In this document: positions 1 through 10,295 of the stretch, piece after piece | Layout of the letters: each line of letters opens with the position of its first letter | How positions within the stretch are numbered: the first letter of the stretch is position 1 | NCBI GenBank assembly: GCA_964016885.1 | Contig: OZ024741.1 | Span: forward strand, 104,160,001-104,224,000 | DNA from: Eledone cirrhosa | Taxonomy: Eukaryota | Direction: 5' to 3' | Length of the DNA: 64,000 bases | Program-made: the position numbers and the translations under genes | Notes under the pieces: model-generated | Seen by the model: only the letters and a program-made list of their open reading frames with translations | Database searches by the model: none | What the model was told of the DNA's origin: nothing

Positions 1-92
1 ATATATAAAGGCAAACAGAAATAACAACACAATTGGTACAGTATAGGGAAGGAATATATTAGTTTAATGCTTGAAATAGCAGGAAGAGGGTA

Positions 93-124
93 TTAACGTT
101 TCGGACACTAGTCCTTCATCAGAA
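93..124 (-). ncRNA. Minimal hammerhead-like motif (retroelement terminus; related copy at about 54736-54768)
   Basis: Minus strand: tt CTGATGA a ggac-tagt-gtcc GAAA CGTT aa. ACGT palindromic stem III; stem I only 2 bp. Confidence 0.5.
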
Positions 125-301
125 GAAAGAATGAGAAATTAGAAAGATTGAAGGGGTGGGCAGGGCGGAATCGGAAAAAATGATTTGAGAGAAACATAAC
201 AGGTCCATTTATATATATATAAGTTTATCCTGGGTTCAATCGGAGGTAACCACAGTAAGGTACTCAATACAAAGCAGAGTATAAATATTTAATATAGAAA
301 T

Positions 302-352
302 GGCTTCTACAGGACTAGAACTGTTTCATTCGGGAGAAATCATCAGGAAGCC
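302..352 (-). ncRNA. Type I hammerhead ribozyme motif
   Basis: Minus strand: ggcttc CTGATGA t-ttc-tccc-gaa-t GAAA cag-ttctagtc-ctg TA gaagcc. 6-bp stem I, 4-bp stem III, GUA site. Confidence 0.72.
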
Positions 353-748
353 GACTGTCCAAGTAATATGATGGTATTTATACCTTTTCTGGTGGTAGGA
401 GGGGGTGGTGATTGGGATGGGTGTAGGTCATTGGTTGATGGATTTAAAGAAAAGGGAATTCGTTAAAAACTATATTTAGAGTAGCAGAAAGAATTCAAGC
501 TAAGTCTTTGTTGACAGGTTCACACTGGCGGAGGGGAGGGGAGGAGGCACTCCTGATTGTTAAGGTTCATTTAAGCTAACAATGGCTATTCATTGGTAGC
601 TTGCTGGAATGGTCAGGTGTCAAAATCACACACGCACACATACACACATGCCCTCACACCAACACACACAGACACACGCACAAACACACTTATATATATA
701 TATATATATATATATTACAATAATCAAAGTTCAGTTTAAATCATTTAT

Positions 749-797
749 TTGCTTACAATTGTTTCCTCCAAACCGAGGTTTGGATTCTTCGGAGCAA
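749..797 (-). ncRNA. Type I hammerhead motif, CCGA core variant
   Basis: Minus strand: ttgct CCGAAGA a-tccaaac-ctcg-gtttgga-g GAAA caattg TA agcaa. Confidence 0.7.
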
Positions 798-1456
798 CTA
801 TTTAGTGATCTATAACATACTTGACCTCCTTTTCAACACAAGAGACATATAGAAACATATGCATATATTGACCCACAGTGGGTTGACATCCATCACAATG
901 ATATAGCATGGCAATTTACATATAAAGGTTAAAGGATTAAAATGAAAATAAAAATAAAAATAAAAATAAATATAAAACATTGGCAGTTTATGAAGATAAA
1001 GCAAGAGGAAAGTTTAGAGTAGTCAGTGTATGAAACAATCCCACGTGTAGCATGCACGAGTGTCTTATTTATACAGGATTAGAGTGCGGCAGATTGTTAC
1101 TTGTAGAATCAGGCAGTTAAAGCAGGCAATCAATATTATCATGTGGGCCGTATTGTTAAATCATTTTTTCGCATACACCTGTATGATATACAATCCCGAA
1201 TGTAGAGAAACACCAAAATATCAAAAATATCAAACATATCACAAAACATTATAAAATAGGCAAAACAGCACCACTGTCTTCGCACACATCACCACTCACA
1301 CAATCCATGAAACGCAATATATAGACTACAGGTCTATCACACAATCCACGATGATTCAGCATTGGGTGTCTGGAGAGTCAAGTTATAAACCAAATCTTGT
1401 CGTTTCTTACTTTGATTAATAGATAAGGATGTTTTAGTTGTGTGAGATGACATTAA

Positions 1457-1545
<89 letters not shown>

Positions 1546-1685
1546 TGTGTTTGTGCGTGTGTCTGTGTGTGTGGGTGTGAGGGCATGTGTGTATGTGTGC
1601 GTGTGTGATTTTGACATATATATATATATATATGTATATACATACATATATATATATACACACATACATAAATATAGTTTTTAAA

Positions 1686-1744
1686 GATTACCCTTCATCA
1701 GTGCATTGATGAAGGGTAATCACCCAGAAACACCAGTATCTGCA
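1686..1744 (+). ncRNA. 36-bp palindrome (1686-1721) overlapping a degenerate hammerhead motif
   Basis: tgca TTGATGA a-gggt-aatc-accc-a GAAA caccagta TC tgca. The inverted copy retains CTGATGA; stem III is two transitions from the palindrome ATACCGGTAT. Confidence 0.5.
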
Positions 1745-1914
1745 ATCTGTTTACATGCCAACACAAGAACAAAATGGGTGGCTCATTCTACTGACATGGC
1801 TTAAAAGAGGCTGTTTGCATAATTGCAAACGAATTGAATATTATTATTAATATTCGAAAAACTCAGAATACATTTATTGTATTCAGCCATGTAGAGCGAT
1901 AACTTTTTGATAGT

Positions 1915-1994
<80 letters not shown>

Positions 1995-2720
1995 GTTCCA
2001 GCAGAGAACAAGGGAAGCACTGTCCTGATTAGAATAACCAATATTGGATGAACTTGTTTTATTATCATATTGAATTGAAACATCTACAACTGCAAAGACA
2101 TCAAATTAGTACTACAAGTCCCATCACAACCTTAAAGAAAAGGACCTTAAATTCCATACTTTTGGATTATGTGTTTTTTGTATATATCTGTTTGAACTGT
2201 ACAATTCTATACTTAATGCTTACACACTTCACAAATATTACCAGTACATTTCTTTGCATGATAATTATGACTAACATTATTAAACTTTTCGCCTAAATCT
2301 TTTCACCTAAAACTAATATATCTTATGATGCTTATAATATGTAATACCTATATGTATTATCCTACTACACAATTGTCTTGCACTTATTGCATGTTCCCTG
2401 CTATTATTAACATTCCTGATATGATATTCTTGCTGTAATATTTTGATTTTATTATGACTTGAATTTTTTGATTTTTTGATATTAGTAATAATCTGTATGT
2501 GTATATATCATATACCTGAAAATACTTATATTATAGCTTTAACACAAATTTTATTTTATTACTATCTTTTCATTATAATCATTTCAGTATAATATTCTTT
2601 TGCTCTTACTCTTTAATATATTGCAAATGACACTAAACATTTTAATTAGTCTTCTCACATATAATGTACCCTGTTGAATGTTCTAATGATTAGGAATTTA
2701 TTTGTTTTAACATTTTATAC

Positions 2721-2765
2721 GCTCCGATGAATCCAGACCTAAGTCTGGAAGAAACGATCGTAAGC
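2721..2765 (+). ncRNA. Type I hammerhead motif, CCGA core variant (same family as 749-797)
   Basis: gct CCGATGA a-tccagac-ctaa-gtctgga-a GAAA cgatcg TA agc. Confidence 0.7.
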
Positions 2766-3073
2766 AATTAAATGCCTTAAACAAAATTTGATTATTTTCT
2801 ATGTTGTGTATATATATATATACACAACATAGATAACAATGTATCTCTCACCTTCTTTTTACCCCCTCTGCCAGTCACTCTCTTTCAGCTGGCCTCTTCC
2901 TCACACTTCCACTCACTCACTTTCTGCTTCTCCCCCTCTCTCACTTCCTCCCGTTTGACCTGTGGGAAATCCTTTTCTCGCTCACATCTCACCCAGGTCG
3001 GATGGTCTGTATCTCTCATCCATGATTTCACCAAGCTTAAGCTTACAGATATCATGTACTTGTCTCTTCCTAT

Positions 3074-4330
3074 TGTAGCGGCCCCTACCAACTACAGTCA
3101 CCACAGACCGTGGTAGACAATTTGAGTCTCATCTTTTCTCTGAGCTCACAAATATCATTGGCGCTCAACGGATTCGGACCACAGCCTATCATCCTGCTTC
3201 AAACGGAATGGTGGAACGATTCCACCGCAAATTAAAGACCGCTCTTTGCGCCTATCCAGACTCTCCAGGTCATCAATAAAGGAGGACCTTGGGTTCTCCC
3301 CGGCCGAATTACTTTACGGTGCTCCTTTAGCGTTGCCTGGGCAAATGCTTGCCACTGTTGATCTTGCTTTCCAAGATCGGCTTTCCTACGTATCCCATCT
3401 GCGTTCTTATTTTCAGGACCTGCCGCCGATGGATACGAGGAAACAAACTGTAAAACCTGCGGTCCCGAGGGATATTGCCTCGTGGACACATGTGTTCGTA
3501 AGAAACGATGCCGTGAGACCACCTCTCACACAACCGTACTCTGGACCCTACCGTGTATTAGCTCGTTCTGATAAATATTTCACTGTAGACATTAAGGGAT
3601 CCAGAGAGACCATTGCGGTTGATAGACTCAAACGGGCCCACACAGATGCTCACACACCTGAGCCACATACACCCCCATCTTTCTCTTTTGCACACACATC
3701 TGTTTCTTTGCCCCCCCCCCCCCCCCCATCACCAAGATACAAGACCACGACCCGTTCCAGTCGAAGAGTTCACTGGCTCAAGGAACTCTTCCAAACTTTT
3801 ATCATATGAACTGGCCACTGGAGCCTTTTTTTGTTTTTCTCTTTATTGTATTACTATGTACCTGTTCTTTGCCCATGCTTGTGGGTTCGCTACAGTTACC
3901 TTCGGGCTTTTCACCTAGCGTCTGGAGGAGGGTACTGTAGCGGCCTCTTACGGCTGTGACTCAGCACGTATAAGAGTTACGTCACTTTGCGACGGGCGCG
4001 ACTCCCAGCGGCAGATTCATGTACTAAACGGAGTTGCGTCCCTCTGGGGACTATATAGTCGCGGGCAATCAAGCCATAAGACACACTCTACTCCTGAACT
4101 TTGAAGGGACAAGAACACCTGAGACCTTGTCAAGAGATGACTCATGTTTCACTTCCTTCGCACCCAAGAAGAAGAACACCGGCAGCCTAAAGAAACACTT
4201 GAGCCTTACCAAGAGAAGATTTTCTGTTCTTCTCCACACACTCCAGTCTGGGGAGTTGTGACCACCTGAACATCAACAATTATTTATAACAATTTATTTG
4301 ACTTCTGTGAAGTAAAATCATGTCACAACT
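3074..4330 (+). mobile_element. Ty3/Gypsy LTR retrotransposon remnant (integrase core and GPY/F region, polypurine tract, 3' LTR)
   Basis: TDRGRQFES...RTTAYHPASNGMVERFHR and YSGPYRV motifs; purine tract ggaggaggg then LTR start tgtagcggcc at 3936. The same 10-mer is at 3074. LTR end is approximate. Confidence 0.85.
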
Positions 4331-4610
4331 CTCACCTGCATTTATTGTCATTCTTGATAATATTTGTATACACTGATACTAATTTCCTAAACTATCTTTC
4401 CGTTGCAATACCATCTTTGTTTGTTTACATGTCTCGCTCGTTTCACCCTATTTTACTTGTCCCAATAACTTTATTTAGTTATTGCTCGCACCAACCAGAG
4501 GTATATGATTTTTAGAACGATGAAATACCAATGAAGGTTGGAAGATCACTAATGAAGGACTAATTTTATTCATATGTAACCCATGTGCAACCACGCAGCA
4601 CTCCATTTTT

Positions 4611-4746
<136 letters not shown>

Positions 4747-5119
4747 TGTGTGTGTCTGTGTCTGTGTGTGTGTCTGTGAGAGAGCCGGTGAATTGACAGA
4801 GTCGTTAGAACATTGGACAGAGTGCTTTGTGGCATACATTTCGTCTCCCATTTCTCTCAGTTGAAATCTCGCCAAGGTCAACTTTGCCTTCCGTCCATTC
4901 GAAGTAGTTAAATAAAGTACTAGTCCAGCATTGGGGGTCAATTCTTCTTCTATATCTCGTTCTCACTTCAATTCTCTAGTTTCTATCCTTCTCTGGAAGA
5001 AATATGCTGTACTCCGGTCTGTAGAGGAGATGGGCTCCACCAGGTTTTAAAATGGCTTAGAAATGATGTATGTCAATACCGCGCCCTTACGACCCCCTCT
5101 GGAGTTACGGAACCATGCA

Positions 5120-5184
<65 letters not shown>

Positions 5185-5444
5185 CAACACTTACAGAGGT
5201 TGTCATGTCCTTGACACAATACATGTTATATAAATAATGTTTGTGTTATTAGAATATAGTAAAAGAAAAAGGAAAAAAAAAAATTGTTTATAACAAAACA
5301 TTATTATTAATTACTGTACATGTTCAGGAGCAATATAAATGAATATACAATGACCTGACCCCCCCTCGCGCCCCCACAAAAAAAAATTGCATTTAGGTCT
5401 ACAAAGAAAATATTTTAATGAGTGTAAAATTAGTGAATACTTAC

Positions 5445-5627
5445 CATTAAGTTCATGAGTAGAAAAGGCATAAGTATGACATACATAATTAGTATGACGT
5501 AGATCACTTTGTAAGGAATCTTTCTTCTGAGAAACATAGTGTGGAAGGTGTCTGTGTAGTCTAGCTCCAACATCATCATCAAAGATTTCAGAATGGACGG
5601 CAAAATCTCTTTATAAACCTCATTGGG
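5445..5627 (-). CDS. TRPA1: TRPA1-like exon (pore helices, S6): PNEVYKEILPSILKSLMMMLELDYTDTFHTMFLRRKIPYKVIYVILIMYVILMPFLLMNLM
   Basis: Acceptor tgtag|, donor |gtaagt; 183 nt, phase 0-0; MP..LMNL S6 motif. The next expected exon (IGLAVGDI) was not found at 1-5444. Confidence 0.92.
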
Positions 5628-5744
5628 CTACATAGAAAATAAAAGATAGATCGAAAGAGATTGCGTGGGAAAGCGAGCGAGAGAGAGAGAGAGAGGGTGA
5701 AAGAGATGTGTTAATCATTGAATAAAAAGAATTAAAAATCGTTG

Positions 5745-6320
5745 AGTGGTAGCACATTCGTCATTCTGTTCGCCAGGACCGAAAGGTAATCAAGATTTTT
5801 TTAAGGTTCTAAGTTCAAATCCTGCCGAGGTTAGCTTAGCCTTTCATCCTTACTGGGTCGATAAAATAAAGTACCAGTCACGCACTGGGATCGATTTAAT
5901 CGACTTTCCCTTCCCCCAAAATTGCTGGCCGTGTGCCTATATAAGAAACCATTATTATTGAGTGGTGGATTGGCAGTATCTGTAGAGCGTCGGACACCAT
6001 TCTTTGCGGCATAAAGTTACGACCCTTTAAGTTTTAAGTTCAAATCCCGCCGAGGTTAGCTTTGCCTTTCATTCTTACGGGGTCGATAAAATAAAGTACC
6101 AGTAATGCACTGGGATAATTGCTAGCCTTGTTCCAAAAGTATAAACAATTATTGTTATTATTAAGTGGCGAATTAGCAGTATCGTTAGATTGTCGAACAT
6201 GCTTTGCGGCATATAGTTATGCCCCTTTACGTTCTAAGTTCAAATCCCGCCTATGTTAGGTTTGCCTTTCACCCTACGGCGTCAATAAAAATTAAAAAAA
6301 CCCTCAAATATTGGGGTCAA
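5745..6320 (+). mobile_element. Tandem cluster of three tRNA-derived octopus-type SINEs
   Basis: Repeated B-box gttcaaatcc plus core ctttgcctttcatccttacggggtcgataaaataaagtaccag. Confidence 0.85.
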
Positions 6321-6344
6321 TAACACACATACACACACGCGCGT

Positions 6345-6386
<42 letters not shown>

Positions 6387-6469
6387 CTAATTAATGTATC
6401 TCAATGTCTGTGGGTTTTGAACATTCAATGCGATGGTTAAAATCTTTGCATCAACAACATTAATAATTC

Positions 6470-6670
6470 TTTCTATTATTGGCAAATGTCCAGCAATTTT
6501 GGAAAGGGGAAGTTGATCATAACGACTCCAGTATGTGACTGGTATTTTTTTTTTATCGATCTCGGAAATACGAAAGGCAAAGTTGACCTCAGCGGAATTT
6601 GATGTCAGAAATTAGAAATGAAATACCGCAAAGCATTTTGTCCGACGCTCTACCGATTCTGCCAAATTCA
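6470..6670 (-). mobile_element. SINE copy, inverted relative to 5745-6320
   Basis: Reverse-complement core ctggta...ttttatcga...gaaaggcaaagttgacctc. Confidence 0.8.
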
Positions 6671-6722
6671 TCGTCCTTTAAAAATGAACATTAACAGTGA
6701 GAAGAACGACAGTCATATTTAC

Positions 6723-6852
6723 CTCTGCACACATTGATAGGTAGAAGGCAAAACCAAATGCGACAAACAATGTGAAGAACACCAAGAAGACTTTGATCAA
6801 GGTCATTAATATCTCCAAAAACATGACCACGTAGATACCAGTTGATTCGAAA
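6723..6852 (-). CDS. TRPA1: TRPA1-like exon (S4-S5 linker, S5): FESTGIYVVMFLEILMTLIKVFLVFFTLFVAFGFAFYLSMCAE
   Basis: Acceptor cccag|, donor |gtaaat; 130 nt, phase 2-0; GIYVVMFLEIL.TLIKV is typical of invertebrate TRPA1. Confidence 0.93.
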
Positions 6853-7611
6853 CTGGGAAAGAGAAACTATTTGTTAGACAAGATATTTTTTTTGCAATCA
6901 GCACTCACATCTAATATCCGTCCATTTATCGATCCTTAACTACTATTGAGGAGGTAGAGGCGCCAACGTGATATCTTTAGCATTTTAAACCTGGTGGAGT
7001 CCCATCTATGTTCAGTCGGAGAGAAAGTGAGCGAGAGAGAGAGAGAGAGAGAAATAGAGAGAGAGATAGAGAGAGAGAAAGGGAGGAGAGAGAGAAGATA
7101 GAGGAGTGAGGGGAAAAATAGAAGAGAAATGGACGAGAGGGTAGGAGTGAGAAGAGAGAGAGAGAGATGGGGGGGGGGGGGGGGCAAAGAGCAGAGATAG
7201 AGGCAGAGAAAGAGGGCGGGAGAGGGAAAGGACAGAGAGGAGATAACTGAAGGAGAGAGCGGGAGAAGGAGAAACGAGAGAGGAGAACTGGAGGCGAGAG
7301 AAAGGAAAGAGTGGGAGAGAAGAGGGCGAGCAGAGTGTGGGTGAGAGAAAGGGAGAGAGCGGTGAGGGGAAGTAACGATCCCAGTACTTGAATAATATTT
7401 CACTTATCGATCTTTAAATGCAGGATTCGAACTCAGAGAGTTGGAACGAATACTGAAAATCACTCTATTTAACGCACTAACGATTCAGCTAATTCACCGA
7501 GTACTTGTGTCGCTTAATGTAGGCGATTGAACAGTTGGGACAGTCATCGTTAAAACCGACGGAGGTCCATTTGCCTATGATAAGAAATATGAGAAGAAAG
7601 GAAGATGTTAC

Positions 7612-7784
7612 CTCTGTAGATATAGCAAGCAATTGAACCAGGCTATGAAAATAGCAATGATACCAGCTTCCCATTGATAGCTGTAGAATTTGCGCTCCTC
7701 CATAAATGGGATGATGAAAATCACTGTACAAAAATGAAGGATAAATTCCAACATAAGACTGCCATGGACTAAGTAACTGGATCC
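7612..7784 (-). CDS. TRPA1: TRPA1-like exon (S3-S4): GSSYLVHGSLMLEFILHFCTVIFIIPFMEERKFYSYQWEAGIIAIFIAWFNCLLYLQ(S)
   Basis: Acceptor tttcag|, donor |gtaac; 173 nt, phase 0-2; QW..G.IA....W.N.LLYLQ S4 motif. Confidence 0.92.
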
Positions 7785-7822
7785 CTGAAATAAAAGGTGG
7801 AAGCAGTTGTAATGATTGATAA

Positions 7823-7870
7823 TATTACCTACAAGCACCTCGTTTATAAGCGAGGCGCTTGTAGGTAATA
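7823..7870. repeat. 48-bp near-perfect palindrome
   Basis: tattacctacaagcacctcgttta|taagcgaggcgcttgtaggtaata; 22 of 24 pairs Watson-Crick. Confidence 0.9.
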
Positions 7871-8197
7871 CCCCACTATCTCGGCCAGATCTGTCAACGT
7901 TTAAACAGTATCGGACACTGAATAATGTTAATAAAGATTATACTGGCTTCGAATGGGCCATATACCTTTGCAAAGAATCACCTGTGTTCTTGTGGTGACT
8001 GACCATAAAATCTATAGCACTATTTGTTTCAATGTAGAAACTATCAGTTTGAGTGAGAGAGAGAGAGAGAGAGAGAGAGAAGCTGATCATTAAATTAGAT
8101 TGGAGGTACAATGTATTATCAAAGCTCTACCAAATATAAACAAAATATTTCAGTACGTGGAAGCTTGTTTGGTTTTGAGGACGACAACATCCCTTCA

Positions 8198-8271
<74 letters not shown>

Positions 8272-8275
<4 letters not shown>

Positions 8276-8762
8276 GGTTTGTTGGTTTACCACTGGATAG
8301 AACTGGTCATTCCGTATAGTCAACCTCAATGTAATATTATGGAGAGCACTCGACGTAATGCAACTCATCCGTCTTTGTTTGTGTTGTTGGTGGTGCGAGT
8401 ACGGAGTTAATTATTATAAAATAACAGGAGGCTGGACTGGTGTAATTCCTTAAAAGGTTTATTATACTATGATCATTTCAGTGACCGAGTTCAGTATGAA
8501 TCCGGTGACATCATCAGGTATTCGAAATATAACAAAGGAATATAATAGACAAAATCCATGGGGCTGAAAATCAGAGACATGAGGGCAGCCGAACATTTAA
8601 CAGCTTCTATCCCGGTCGGCCGCCCTCGAGTAATTCCTTTGTTATATTTCGAATACCTGATGATGTCGCCGGATTCATAGTGAACCTGGTCACTGAAATG
8701 ATCATAGTATAATATACCTTTTAAGGAATTACACCAGTCCAGCCTCCTGTTATTTTATAATA
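8272..8762. mobile_element. Fold-back non-autonomous element in (TA)n: ~130-bp inverted arms (8412-8541 / 8633-8762), each carrying a hammerhead motif
   Basis: Plus 8653-8710: atac CTGATGA t-stem II-t GAAA tgatca TA gtat; mirror copy on minus at 8464-8521. Segment 8272-8410 resembles 14010-14140. Confidence 0.75.
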
Positions 8763-8776
8763 TATATATATATATA

Positions 8777-9675
8777 CGAGGTGTGTCAGAAAAGTTCCAG
8801 GACTGATGTCACAAAAGATTTATTTCAAACCCAAACTTCACACTAAGAGTTTTCTCCTTCAAAGTAATCCCCCTGGAGTCTAATGCACTTTTCCATTCTT
8901 TTCTGCCACGCTTGCATGCACTCTTGGGAGGATTCTTCCGGGGTCCTCCGCAGTTCCGTCGTCACGGCCTTTATGATGTCGTCCACGTCTTCAAAACGGG
9001 TCCGCTCCGGGTCGTACTCGAAGATCCATGACTCATCACCGGTGATGACTGTCCCTAGCAAGTCTGGTTCGGTTTCAAGACGCTCGAGGATGTCCTGGCA
9101 CACTTGCATGCGTCGACCCTTCTGGTCATCGTTCAGCAGTTTTGGCACCATATTCGCGCAGACTTTCCGCATGTCCAAATCTTCAGTGAGAATCTTCCAG
9201 ACGCTGTCCCGATTCATGCCCAGCTCATTTGCTATCAGTCGAACAGTCAGCCGACGATCGCTACGCACCATCTGCCTGACGCGCTCAACGTTGACCTCAG
9301 TCCTGGTTGTTGAGGGCCTTCCGCTCCTGGGGTCATCTTCCACGTCCTCGCGTCTTTCTTTAAACCTCTTGCATCACTCAAAAACACACGAGCGTGACAT
9401 CGTCTCATCTCCATACACTTGCTGCAGCGGAGTTTTCCCCAACCGTACCAGAAACTTCAAGTTTGTTCGTTGCTCTGTGCTCATTGCTTGACGACCTGAA
9501 ACAGCGGACATGTATATACAATTATGAAGAAAAAAGTTTGATCGCTGCAGAGAGCTAAGATTACAGTTACATACTCCAGGGGGATTACTTTGAAGGAGAA
9601 AACTCTTAGTGTGAAGTTTGGGTTTGAAATAAATATTTTGTGACATCAGTCCTGGAACTTTTCTGACACACCTCG
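8777..9675 (-). mobile_element. Mariner-family transposon, internally deleted, ~100-bp TIRs, inserted in TA
   Basis: TIR cgaggtgtgtcagaaaagttccaggactgatgtcacaaaa...; RSGRPS helix-turn-helix, ITGDESWIFEYDPE and C-terminal GDYFEG; most of the catalytic domain is missing. Confidence 0.93.
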
Positions 9676-10079
9676 TATATATATATATATACTTGCTGGC
9701 CCCGTGTCGTCAACGATGACGGCTAATTGTAGTATCAACTATATGAAAAGGGTCTGTTTCCTTTCAACTGCATTCTCCATTACTATTTTTTATTTTTAAA
9801 AAGGATATTTATTTTACTACAATTGTATAAATTTACAGTAGAATAACATTGCAAATATGTTTTAAATATATACATAAATACCATAACAAATGCGTAAATA
9901 ACATTATAAATTGCTCGCAATTAGTTCAGAAGGACAAGTATAATGTCGAAACCGTGTACAATAACACAATAATATAAATTCATTGATCAAAAATGATAAA
10001 CGAAAGAAAAACGAAGGAAAAAATGATGTGGGTCGGGGAATTCACCACCGAATGTGATAATCGGCCGCACCTTAGGGGT

Positions 10080-10295
10080 TAACTACACACTTTCAGGCAA
10101 CCCAACACGCTTACAGCATTACCACGTATGATGGTGAGGCTCAGGCGCTGAAATAACCAGTCACCCTCAAGGGCATTACCTGACACCTCCAGTGAAGACA
10201 AGAACTTCGCTGCCAGTGGCCCAACTCCACCGAACGTCTCAAATGCCACAGGCTGGAAAAAATAATTATTTGATAAGTCCTGGTATTTCCGAATT
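10080..10295 (-). mobile_element. CRE-like non-LTR 3' fragment (restriction-like endonuclease tail)
   Basis: KYQDL...FQPVAFETFGGVGP...WLFQRLSLTIIRGNA, homologous to about 47570-47770. Confidence 0.75.

Noticed and set aside
5800-5830. tRNA gene (gttcaaatcc B-box)
   Set aside because: SINE head; no cloverleaf, and it is repeated many times with the same downstream core.
7900-8020. Candidate for the S2 exon
   Set aside because: No convincing S2-like open frame with splice sites; the S2 exon is at 12463-12549.
8883-9491. 202-aa plus-strand ORF (and the 207-aa ORF at 30404-31027)
   Set aside because: Antisense shadow of the mariner transposase.
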